Source of the DNA: Lepidodermella squamata | Lineage: Eukaryota > Animalia > Gastrotricha | DNA: 64,000 nt | Direction of reading: 5' to 3' | NCBI GenBank assembly: GCA_047495785.1 | Contig: JBLDXI010000002.1 | Coordinates: 868,001 to 932,000, forward strand | Part shown: one piece after another, positions 36,043 through 46,773 of the stretch | How positions within the stretch are numbered: position 1 is the first letter of the stretch | How the letters are laid out: every line of letters starts with the position of its first letter | Program-made: the position numbers and the translations under genes | Notes under the pieces: generated by a model | Database searches by the model: none | What the model was told of the DNA's origin: nothing | Seen by the model: only the letters and a program-made list of their open reading frames with translations

Positions 36043-37314
36043 TTTGATAAAAATGAATTCCGCAACAATTTTTTCAATAAATTAATGACGAATTAGAGGC
36101 AATGAATTCATTGACTAATATAGTATGTTATAGCTAGCCAGAACTTTCCTAAAAATTCATCAGATTATTTTCCGTGATTATTACGATAACTTCAAATATT
36201 CCGCTTTGGCCTTGGATCAGGCCGTGTAGGCAAGGCAATGCGAAAAAAATTGGCAAACATTTTGTGGGTGAAACATGATGGGAATAAACCAGGACATTCG
36301 CGGGATATTTCAGAGAAATTATTCCAATTCTAAAAAATTTAAAATGAAAGAAATAATATTTTCGATCGAATTATAATTGGTTCAAAGTTAGTGGCCTGCG
36401 TGCCCTTTTGAATTGTTGTATTGCGAACCGAAGTATGATGCGTGAAGTGGCGATGAGGTTTTGAATTTTCCGTATGATAAAAAAATCTTCAAAAATTGAA
36501 CTGTTTAAATTCCAAGGGCAGGTTACTTCAAACTTCAAAGGATGTCTCGTAATGAGACTAATCGATTGTGTAGTACTGCCCTCGAAATATGTTCACAATC
36601 AAGCAGTATTAGGATCCTCGTATTAGTATTGTCAGGCTTGAATTTTATAATCAAAGGTTTCCCCCCTGTGGTCATTTTGGGGGTTTCCACCTTTGAGCAA
36701 TGCCGTAAATAACCATATATTGTCGCTACACCCCAGCTCCGAGTATTGAAAACCACACGAGGGACCCTTCGCTGTCCTCGGCTTGGCACCGGAAAAGACC
36801 TCAGCTCCAGAATCCTACTTCGCCCACTGGTATCAGCGAACTCGCCTGCTGCTTACCGGTTTATAATGACTAAGGAAGAGCTGGTAGCAAACAGAACACT
36901 ATAATTGTCTATATCGGCTAACAAACATTGACTTAGATCTCAGCGGCTTCTGTATTCTCTATATTTGACGGCAGTTCTAAATATTTCCACCCTGTAAGCT
37001 GTTATCAAAACTGCTCGAAAGGAAATTAGATAATATAATTTGAAATTTGACATTAAATTGGTCGAATTTCTCAATGAAGACGCTCATGCAGAAGATTTAT
37101 CGAAACAATGATCAGGTAAAAGTGAAAAACACACAAATATATGGTTTCCTAGACTGTGGAAGAAATCGGCAAATTATTAGCTTTTCACTTCCCTCAAGAC
37201 TTTTCCCATCCTATTGACAACATCCAATTAAAATGAAGGAGGTGTTTGTGCAAGGCTGCATCCAAAAATTCCTCAGTCATCTAAGCGAACTGAACTTGAA
37301 ATTGATTGTTTTAG

Positions 37315-38562
37315 ATGTTAAAGTTGCTAGTTCTTGGAATAGTCGTTGATTTGGCATTTGACTTACGATCTTCAGCAGAAGAGGAGCAATGGCCAATTTC
37401 AATATCAAATAATACCCAAATTCTGGACAAATTAAAACTAGATTTTCTCAAGTACTGCCCACTGGTGGCCTCGCGGAATCTTCCTGTCGAAATTGGCCTG
37501 AGGTCGAACTTCACTTCAAAGACTCGACTTGTGCTAGAAATAAGCTTACTGAGATTCGTCGGCATTGATGACCTTGAGAAAAGTCTGTCAGTCTATGCCC
37601 AGCTGGCGATGTACTGGGATATACCATGCGTGACGGAGGCACAAGCTCGCCTACGTGCCAGTGTCAATTACGACGATGAGTCTCACGTTTATTTCCCGCT
37701 AAGATGGAACGAAACTTGGTATCCGAAAATTATCCACCAGAATGCTGTGATTGATTCACTTCCTCTTGAAAGGTATGCCGGCACTTTTAGACTACACTTA
37801 AAATGCAATTATTTTCCTAGATTTTCCAAAGAATTGGTAGCAGTTCCTTTGGTAGACCCGCCCACTGTAGCCATCAGGCCCCGTTTGATTTTTGACAGCT
37901 CCTGTGACAAATTCAGCTTCCGTCGCTTTCCATTCGACACCCTTGAATGCTCTATTGTGTTGGAATGTTTCGACGATGCCGCTTTGTTACGAATTGATAC
38001 TGATTTCGTTAAATTCGCGGTTGATCCCTCGAGCGAGTTTGGTGACGATGCGGACATTTGGCAGATGGAAGCACTCAACTGGACAATGCAAATTTCAAAT
38101 AGGACAACAGGCGATTACGAAACCTTGTATTTCACCTTCTATTTCAAGCGCCGATACCAATACTACGTCTGCAACATTTTCCTACCAATAATCGCGTTGA
38201 TTGCTATTCAGATATCCGCATTGTTCATGCAGCCTGATGCGCCCGACCGGGCAGCATTTTGCGTCACTGCTGTTCTCTCTTTCTCAGTTGTCATTACCAT
38301 GGTTTCAACGTACATTCCACAGACCTCTGAATCTGTCTACTTGATGTTCATATTGGCGGTGAAAATAGGGCTTGGGGCTGCTCTGACAATTTATTCACTG
38401 ATTTCGAGCATCTTAGCAACGTCCAAGTTTTGGATGCGGAAAGTAAGCCTGGGCAAGCTGAAAACATCCTTAATTAGGATTCTGGACCTGGTTGTAGCTC
38501 TTATATCAGTATTAATCACCATTGTAACTTACGCCGTTTGTTTATATGGAATGCTGGCCTAA
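37315..38562 (+). CDS. Divergent Cys-loop ligand-gated ion channel subunit, intronless
   Basis: Signal peptide; W..P.I motif (TWYPKII); Cys-loop CDKFSFRRFPFDTLEC; FKRRYQYYVCNIFLP before M1; four hydrophobic helices with a very short M3-M4 loop. Confidence 0.9.
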   Translation: MLKLLVLGIVVDLAFDLRSSAEEEQWPISISNNTQILDKLKLDFLKYCPLVASRNLPVEIGLRSNFTSKTRLVLEISLLRFVGIDDLEKSLSVYAQLAMYWDIPCVTEAQARLRASVNYDDESHVYFPLRWNETWYPKIIHQNAVIDSLPLERYAGTFRLHLKCNYFPRFSKELVAVPLVDPPTVAIRPRLIFDSSCDKFSFRRFPFDTLECSIVLECFDDAALLRIDTDFVKFAVDPSSEFGDDADIWQMEALNWTMQISNRTTGDYETLYFTFYFKRRYQYYVCNIFLPIIALIAIQISALFMQPDAPDRAAFCVTAVLSFSVVITMVSTYIPQTSESVYLMFILAVKIGLGAALTIYSLISSILATSKFWMRKVSLGKLKTSLIRILDLVVALISVLITIVTYAVCLYGMLA

Positions 38563-39200
38563 AAAGCTGTTCCTAATGCTTCATCTGAATGCATCTCTGT
38601 ATTATCTTAAGTAAAAACCTAGAGTATTGTTGAAATCCATCAGTTTTGTGGTGGCTCGCCCTTTTCCATTACTCGGGGAAGACTCGGGGTGCGATGGCAA
38701 ATGGTCTTCATTGAACCATGAATGACTTTCGAAAGTACACTTCGGTTTGCAGGGTTCAATTTAGTGGGAATTTCTAAAGCAAACCGCGAAACCGTGCATA
38801 TTAAAAATGCTTAGGTCGTTTTCGAGTTCCTTATTTGGCTCATTTATGGCGTGATGTCCCTGATTTGCACAATCTAGTACCTATAGTAATTTAAGATAGG
38901 GATTAGTGTCTCATGAACATTTGCTGGGGATGAGAAACCTTTCGAACGCTCAAATGAGGGGGTGACCGCACTTTTCCACGGAAGCGAAGTGAGCGACTTC
39001 CTGTTGCGACCACATCGCTAATGGATTTATGGGCGATAAGTTTTGCCGCGCACCCTCGAACTTTGGAGCCACAAGCGTAGTCCTAAGTCTTGTTTCTATT
39101 TTTTCTTCTCAAAGTTGAACGCGTACGATTTGCCTAAAATATTGCCCATAACAATCGGAGATACCTGGCTATAGCAAACCAAGGCTATAGACGACAAATT

Positions 39201-41546
39201 ATGATCATGCTGCTAAATTTCATTTTCACAATTGCGACATTTATCGGGGTTTCCCGGGGTGGAGGAAAGAAGTATAACTTGAATCTATTGAGCCTTCTTC
39301 CGGCTAACTACCCAACATGTGCAGTTGCATACCAAGTAGTAGTCGACCGCGTCAACAGTCGCCACGATGTTCTTACCGATTATCACATTGTACTGGATCT
39401 AAAAGACCAGAACGGCAACAACGCAGCAGGATCCAATCAAGCTGTTGTGTCATTCGACGACAAAGTCCTTGGCGAGAATAACTACAGCGCTCCGATAATT
39501 CTTGGACCTAGTGGCTCTTGCAACGTCGTTGCACCAACAATGAAAGCTTTGTATTACACTGAAGTATCTCTGGGCTGTACTGGAGCCTATATCTACTCCA
39601 GGAAGTCTTTCTTCAACAACCTTTTCCCTGTATCTATGTGGACTGTGCTTCAAAATTACGCTATCAAAGGGGTGATTGATATAGGAGGTTGGCGCCAAGT
39701 CGGCTTGATTGCGACCTCTTCAAGTGCTAACGCCATAATAACGGCCCATGAACTTCACGCTTATCTTACTGGGCAAGGAGTTGATGTCGTCCAGTACGTC
39801 AGTGAACCTGACCTCAGCTACACCGGTATCGAATCGTTCAAGTCGAAGGCTACGATCATCGTGGTTTTCCTGATATTTGCCGATGACACAGTCAGATTCT
39901 TTTGTCTAGCGCATTCGGCTGGGCTTCGACCGCCACTTTACAACTTCATCATCTACGCTTCGGTTCAAGCTATGTATACGGCTATTAATGCCATCAAAAA
40001 CCCTCCCCCGAACTGTGATGGAGCTGGGATCGAACTCATGCTTACAGGGAGTCTTTTCCTCGGTATCTCATTTGTTCCAACTGGCAATTATTCAACCGCG
40101 CTTGGCTACGATAATGCGGAATTCGAAGCTGAGATGACACAGCGGCTTACAAATGTTCCGAACTACGGGTTGGACTTTTCCGAACGATTCAGATGTCATG
40201 ACGCCATTTTGTCATCAATTCACATTCTAAACAAATCTGAAGCGATTTTGCAACGGCAGTATAACATGTCGCTGCGGGACTTCAAAAATCACCGTGACCT
40301 TGTCCGAAATGTAGTCAACTCTAGTGCGGCTAAAAGCGACTTTGTGGGCTTGCGAATCGGTCGAATTAATCCAGACGTAAACAATAACATCCTTGAAGAG
40401 CTGCAAATCTACCAGGTTATTGACCGCCAGCCTGTTCTTAACTACAAAATGTTTTACAATCGAGAAAAAGCTGGGAACCTCAGCAGTTTCCCGTACGATG
40501 TTGTTAAAATTGCTGACGTGGTTTGGCCTACTAAGAAAAATCAGCCACCGAAAGATTTGTCTTCAATTGAACATCGAAAGTCAGTATGTGGCTCGAAGCT
40601 GATCGGTGCTGTTGTTGCTCTAGCTTCAGGAATCTCTATCACCCAAGTTACGGTGTTCGTCATAAAAATCCGTAAACCGAACGCAGATATGCTTTACAGA
40701 AACACTGAAAAAGTTGCGAGTCTACTGGCCTGTGTGCTTCTGAACATGGCAGGTGTTGTCCACGTAGTTGGTTGGGATTATTTTACTGAGGTAGGATGCC
40801 TCACTCGGCCAGTCCTTCTTGTTGTGGCATTATCTTACATTCACGGGCTGATAACAGCGAAGCTTCATGGTTTATCTGAGTTTGCTCGAAGTTATACTTC
40901 GGCGCGAGGCGTGTATGCCAGAAAATTTAACTCAGCTTCATTAGCTCGAATTCGAAATAGCGATGAACCACCCCAGGTCAAATCAATGTCCCCTTCGCAA
41001 TCAGCAGCGTTTCTAGGGGTAAAGAAGAACTCGTCAATAAAAAGCTGGAATTTCATGCCAAATGAAATAACGTCACTGTCCAAACGAACCCTAACTCTCG
41101 CGATATTCCTGGCCATCTTAAGCAGTCTTACCATGATTCTCTGGGTTGTCATCCACCCTTCAAAAGTAGTTAAACTCCGCACTGAGCTGGCTTTTGACGA
41201 GCAGGAAGTGGTATTTTACGACATAGAGATCGCCAGATGTGAATCTGAATTCGAAGCTTACTGGTTAGGGGCTTTGTTAGGCTTGCATCTTGCAATGCTT
41301 TTCTCAGCTAACTTCTGGTCATTCGGCCTGCGACAGTTTGCTTTGCCAAACGAATTAGCCTCCGGAGCAAAGGCGATGCGACTGGCAGCAGTAAATTCGA
41401 TTTCAACGATGTGCGCTGTCTTTCTGACCTTACTAGCCGTGCGTTCATCTATGAATCACTGTGTGGCTTTCACAGTTTTGTCGATCGGAGAACTTGTTTA
41501 TTCTGGGTCGACTTCAATGATCCTTTTATTTATGATTTCAAACTGA
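39201..41546 (+). CDS. Class C GPCR, GABA-B-receptor-like (Venus flytrap + 7TM), intronless
   Basis: Signal peptide; VFT-like VNSRHDVLTDYHI and ILGPSGS; no Cys-rich domain; TM3 CLTRPVLL...AKL, TM4 ending WVVIHP, ECL2 Cys (ARCES); seven hydrophobic segments. Confidence 0.8.
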   Translation: MIMLLNFIFTIATFIGVSRGGGKKYNLNLLSLLPANYPTCAVAYQVVVDRVNSRHDVLTDYHIVLDLKDQNGNNAAGSNQAVVSFDDKVLGENNYSAPIILGPSGSCNVVAPTMKALYYTEVSLGCTGAYIYSRKSFFNNLFPVSMWTVLQNYAIKGVIDIGGWRQVGLIATSSSANAIITAHELHAYLTGQGVDVVQYVSEPDLSYTGIESFKSKATIIVVFLIFADDTVRFFCLAHSAGLRPPLYNFIIYASVQAMYTAINAIKNPPPNCDGAGIELMLTGSLFLGISFVPTGNYSTALGYDNAEFEAEMTQRLTNVPNYGLDFSERFRCHDAILSSIHILNKSEAILQRQYNMSLRDFKNHRDLVRNVVNSSAAKSDFVGLRIGRINPDVNNNILEELQIYQVIDRQPVLNYKMFYNREKAGNLSSFPYDVVKIADVVWPTKKNQPPKDLSSIEHRKSVCGSKLIGAVVALASGISITQVTVFVIKIRKPNADMLYRNTEKVASLLACVLLNMAGVVHVVGWDYFTEVGCLTRPVLLVVALSYIHGLITAKLHGLSEFARSYTSARGVYARKFNSASLARIRNSDEPPQVKSMSPSQSAAFLGVKKNSSIKSWNFMPNEITSLSKRTLTLAIFLAILSSLTMILWVVIHPSKVVKLRTELAFDEQEVVFYDIEIARCESEFEAYWLGALLGLHLAMLFSANFWSFGLRQFALPNELASGAKAMRLAAVNSISTMCAVFLTLLAVRSSMNHCVAFTVLSIGELVYSGSTSMILLFMISN

Positions 41547-42225
41547 AGTAACTCTAGTAGGTACCTAGCACTTAGAGCACTTAGTAAGAGATTTAGAAGC
41601 AGAACCAAAATGTATAGGAAAAGTATAAACGATATCCAGTTTTGATTAAAAAGTAAGAATGATGGTAAAATCTAATGACAATTGAGATTCAAATGTCTGA
41701 AGGCTCTTTTGCTGTTTCCTGAGATGTTGAGATTCAAGAATTGTGGCAAAAAACATGAACGCCTGGGAGCTAATCGGTATTACCTCATCCGCATTTCACT
41801 GCCGAATCATCACGACGTTTTTGCTCATACATCGGCATTCCTCACGTTCATCCACCATCCACCAACTTACATTGGACTTATATATGTAGCTGAAAAGCCT
41901 TGAATTTTAGGGAGAACTTACGCACATGTTACACCAGGGGATTATCTCGGTCCTCAAGTCGTACGCACCTGGTGAGCCGATTAAGGTGGTGCGAAGTAAG
42001 GGCCGGCTAAGTAAATTGTTATTAGGTTCCGCGCTTTCAGCAAAAGTCAGCAATCGTGACTATTCTGATCATATTATTCATTTTGAATGCAATGCCAAGG
42101 CGTCAAAGAGACACTGTTACCTTACCTGCCGAACATGTCGATGTCGCGTCCTTACCTGCCCAATCAGCCGAAGGTATAGCGTTTTACCCACCCTGAGCAA
42201 TCGATGTTTTCATTCCTTTTTTATT

Positions 42226-43066
42226 ATGGAAGAGGCGCCACCAGTGAAGCGAAAAAGAGGCCGCCCACCCGGTTCTAAGAACAAAGAAAAGCTTCAGCCT
42301 CAACCAGTGGCGCCTGCTGCCTCTGTGCCGACTGCACGCGGCAACAAGCAGCGACAATCGTCACCGCCCCAGCCGGCATTAAGCCCGACCAGCACTTCAA
42401 AAGCTAAGATCGTGCGCGCGGTTCCGTTTTCTGAGCGCGCTGACCTCACTGAGCAGTCGGAATTGCTTGAGGCCTCTGCGCCCATGGTGTCTAGTGACGA
42501 TTTGCCTGGGCTAGAGAATCACTTCAACACCTCACTGAGTCCCGATGAGATGCATGCAATGCTCGACTTGACCCCGGAGACGAACGCCGTGTACTACAAG
42601 TCGACGAAAGGTGGCACGGTCTTGAGCTACGCCGGGCATCGGTACGTCTTCGACCGGCGCTACGTCCGCTGTTACGAGCACCGCACCATGATCAAGTGCC
42701 ACTGTAAGTGGACCGGGCCGTTACCCGATTGGCCCGAAGGTCACAATGACTACTGCTATCGTTTCAAACTCGACGAACCGCCGAAGCTCTCAGGTTTGTC
42801 ACATTCTAATTTCTTAGATAATTGCGTTCTAATTTCTACTTGTTTCAGGTCATGGTGAGCATGAAGCCGATCGGATTTTCATTGGAGTCGAACTCAACAT
42901 GGCCAAATTGCGATGGTTTATCGAAAGACAGCCCGGGATTACGCCTGGTCAGCACTACCGCCAGGTCAAAAGCGAAATCGCCGATATCGAAGTTCGCGAG
43001 GCCTTCCCCGACCTCAAGGAAATCAAATCCGGCCTATACAATCGACGGGCCAAGAAGACGTTGTAA
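42226..43066 (+). CDS. AT-hook + FLYWCH/WRKY-like zinc-finger protein (MULE N-terminus derived); exons 42226-42793 and 42849-43066
   Basis: KRKRGRPPGSKNK AT-hook; YYKSTKGGTVLSYAGHRY..YVRC......KC. The spliced second exon supplies GHGEH and ends GLYNRRAKKTL*. Confidence 0.7.
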
Positions 43067-43517
43067 AAATTCTGATAATTTGTCTGTTTAAAATACTTTT
43101 TGAACTAATTTGTCAGAAGTTGGAATGAAAGAAACCTCAGTTTAATGCATTTCCCATTTTTCGCAAAGTATTTAGAGATTTAAGGGGGCTAGATCTAATT
43201 AAATTTAATAATCCAAATCTTGGATTATTGGTATCAGGAGGTCTCTCACGTTAGCTAGTCAAACATGCTGTTACTTTTTCACCAATTGACACCTGCTGTG
43301 AAAATTAATTCATTAAGAAGTTTGTTTCACACGCAAATACTGATTCTGATTCATTGCAAATCATCCAGCTCAGAAAATCATCGCTGAAATCTAAACAGTT
43401 TTTTGAGATTATCCTAGGAATTTAACAAGTTACCTCACCAGGATAAAGTCACCTAATTGAGGAGCAATATCGCCGTAATTTGGCTTATTTGGCTAATTTA
43501 TCGGTGTTCATTCTAGA

Positions 43518-45269
43518 ATGCGTTTGGTAGTTTTACTTCATCTTATTCTAAGCTTCAGTTGTATCAGCTTAGCCTCGGAAAGCAAAAAGGTATACCTAAT
43601 CGAATTTTCGCTCATATCTCGCATTTATTTTGTATTTTCCTCACTTTAGAGAAATCAGCGAACCATATGGAGTTGTTCCAGGCTTAATCTAAGCCGCAGC
43701 AAATATCCTCACCACAGTATCTCATATGCAAAGCCAGGTAGTGATAAATGGCAGCCGATAATTCTATTCCCGCGAATTGGCACCCTGATGAGACTATTGT
43801 GCAATGGCGACGGCGATGATCTTATCGGCCACAATACGACAGCAGTTTGCCAAAGCGACGCCAATTGGTCCGTTAATTTCGCTGACGAAAGCTTTTGCAA
43901 ATGTAACGCTCTAGTCGGCTGTTACGCCAACACATTATCTTTTTGTGTTATTTAGCCCAGTGCAACGGCGAGCCTGAACTGGAGAACGCGTTTTTCGGAA
44001 AGGGTCCGAACTACGAGGGTGCTGTTCGTCCCGGCAGGTGTCAACAAGGATATATGTCGCCGTATGGGGAAATAGCAATGAAATGTCGCGACAAAAAATG
44101 GCAGAAGACCATGGCGTTGGCAATTTGTGAACAAGAGCCAAGTAAGTTGTGGGATACGTGGGATACGTCTTGATTAAGGAAATTTCGGAACAGAAGTAGA
44201 AATATGAGAAATTTGCTTACTAAAGAAAGTGTAAATTTATATAAATGAAGTTATAGAGGCTTTTTTTTTATAAAATATTTTAGCTCTAACTAACAATGAT
44301 GGGGCGCCAGCGCCGTGCCCAGAACCGTAGAAGTCGAAGTCGAGCAACTATTACTTTCATTCTTTCTGTTGTAAATTTCTTAATTGATTTCAAATACCGA
44401 GTCTACATGGAGAACTGCTATTACAATCTTATCGGTTTCATTGATATCAAATAAATATTTCTCACTCCAGATACTGACAGCTCAGAATGCCGAGAACCAT
44501 TTATTTCGAATGGAGTCTTTAGCGACGGTCCCAGGACAGTTTCAACGAGCTTGAACTTCACTTGCAACGAAGGATTCCTGTTGGAGTTGGAAAACACTGC
44601 GATTTGCAAGGATTCTGGCGATGGCTCCTACGACTGGGATATCCTTGGCAGTTGCCTATCAATAGGTGAGTCATCTCTCATTTGCAATCAAAGAGCACCC
44701 GCTAAATCGCGTTTTTTTTCAGTTCCTGCAAAAACTTGCGCTGATCCTGAAGTAGAAGGTGGTAAGTTTTCAAATGGTAGCAACGACATCGGCTCAAGAC
44801 GCGTGTTCGAATGCAACGCGGGCTATCAACTACAGGATGGCGACGGCTACGCGACTTGCGAACTTCAGTATGATAACACGGCTGATTGGGTTTTTTTGGG
44901 CCGGTGTGCGCTGGTTGGTAAGTTCAATCCCCACATCTATGGATCATTTATCTTTTTGCATTAATAGATTCCACACAGTGTGGTGTTCCCGTGGTTGATG
45001 ACGGCAATGTTGTCGCTGGGGATCAGAATACCAGAACTTTCTTAGCTGGGTCAACCGTTACCTTCGAGTGCAAAGATGGCTTCAAGCTAAAAGGTTCCAA
45101 TCAGGCCACCTGTGGCCAAGATTTGCAATGGGCAATCGGCGGGAAATGCGAGAGAGCTGATGCAAGTGTTGACTCCATACTCCCATACGTTAAGACTCGG
45201 GCATCGTCATTATATCTTAAGCTGATTCGTGAACAGTCTTCTGATCTTTCACTTGTTAAAAAACCTTGA
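43518..45269 (+). CDS. Secreted multi-CCP (Sushi) protein lacking the protease domain
   Basis: Signal exon MRLVVLLHLILSFSCISLA; about five exon-encoded CCP-like modules (C..P....G..., C..GY.L.G....C....W....C). The C-terminus LKLIREQSSDLSLVKKP matches the tail of the 46774-49316 gene. Confidence 0.7.
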
Positions 45270-45439
45270 ATCTCGTAAATATCTCAGTTAATAACCTCGA
45301 TTAGCCTTTTGTTTTGTGACGAATTTTGAACCATCTAACATGGTTTTCAGCCCTATAACAACCATTTTGCGAAATAAATCCTCGTTTTACTGATAGACAT
45401 GTGTGTTGAAATTATTCGCTCAAATGAAAGAAGAAAGAA

Positions 45440-46195
45440 GGTTCGTTCAGTTGTATAGAAAATCAGGAGAACCTCTGCAATCTCCCAAGGCAGCTGGCAC
45501 ATTCCCTACAGTTTCTTGATCTTCGCTTCCTTGGTCCGACCAAAGCCGTTCGCATAATCGCGACCAGCCATAAAGAAGCGAAAATCCGCGAATTAAGCAG
45601 TTGAAGTTATGCGGATCTGTCCTATATTCGAGCGCATGCGTATACTGCCATTCGGAGAATTAATACAAGCGACCCTGCGTCCTTTCCAACTTCAACCTTC
45701 TCATTATTTTAGACAATTCCTCAGGGGTTTTATCCAAGGCCGATATATAGGAGCCATTCGGAAGAAACTCACTGTAATACAACGGCATCTGATGAGTTGA
45801 TCAAACTCCGATCTACGCTGAGAATGCATTTGAGCTGCCCGTCGCTGTTCAGGTTTTTCGGGTCGTAACGAGGCCCGTGGAATGATATTTCATCGGAAAA
45901 GTTGTTGTAGCGATAGAATTCAGTCCAGTTGCTATCGCCGAACCAGGGTGTCCAGAGGAGTATCACTTTCGGCGTCAAATCCCGGGCGGTTTCACGTTGA
46001 AACGGGAGGAAATCGGCGGAAAGGCGTTTCACCCCAGCTTGATCGTTGATAGCATATAAAATGACAGCTACGGTAACAGTTTCGAACGCAAGGTAGAAGC
46101 GAAACCTTGTGCAAAAAACGTTCCAGGGTCCGGCTCTTGTTTATCCCGCTACATTTCCCGACTATCTCCACCGATATCCCCGACGATCTCTTCAA
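45440..46195 (-). pseudogene. Rearranged GT10 fucosyltransferase pseudogene
   Basis: Shuffled fragments nearly identical to 49484-50752 (PKVILLWTPWFGDSNW; SGISVEIVGKCSG), with deletions. Confidence 0.85.
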
Positions 46196-46773
46196 ACTGT
46201 CACTTGTTGAAAAGCTTTGAATCTCTGAATTGTCGCAATTAATCTCAATTACTGTCTTCTATTTCATGTGATCAAAAGTTGGAAAATTGCATAGTTAAAA
46301 CAACAATCTTTAACAATTTAAGCCTAACTAAGCCTAGAGACAACCACTTTAAGAAATAAATCCTTACTGATAGACAAATGTGTTGGATGGACACTAAATA
46401 ATAAATCTTGAAAACTGCCAATTGCTAACGATTCATAGAATGGATTGAATTTTGTGAAAAGTTTGCGGTATCAGCTAGGTGTTACGCTGTCACCGCTTCT
46501 CCAAGTGACATATGCCACGAAACATATTCGTTACGAAATACTTTTCACACATAGGAGTTCTACTGAAACGAGGCATAGCAAGCTATATGTCCATGGTTTC
46601 ACAAGTTCGTATTCACTGCCTATCAGATCTTGTTTATAAAACGTCTGGTTATAATTACCTTTTCATGTGGGATGATTTGTCATAGGTTCCAGGTAACGTC
46701 CAACTAACGATGCATTCTTCAGCGAAATAAGTTCCTCCATTGTATCTATGTACCTTTGCAATATCATTTTAGA

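Noticed and set aside
41926-42225. N-terminal 100 aa of the 310-aa ORF in the track
   Set aside because: Looks like open non-coding sequence. The ATG at 42226 directly precedes the AT-hook, and the true C-terminus comes from a spliced exon.
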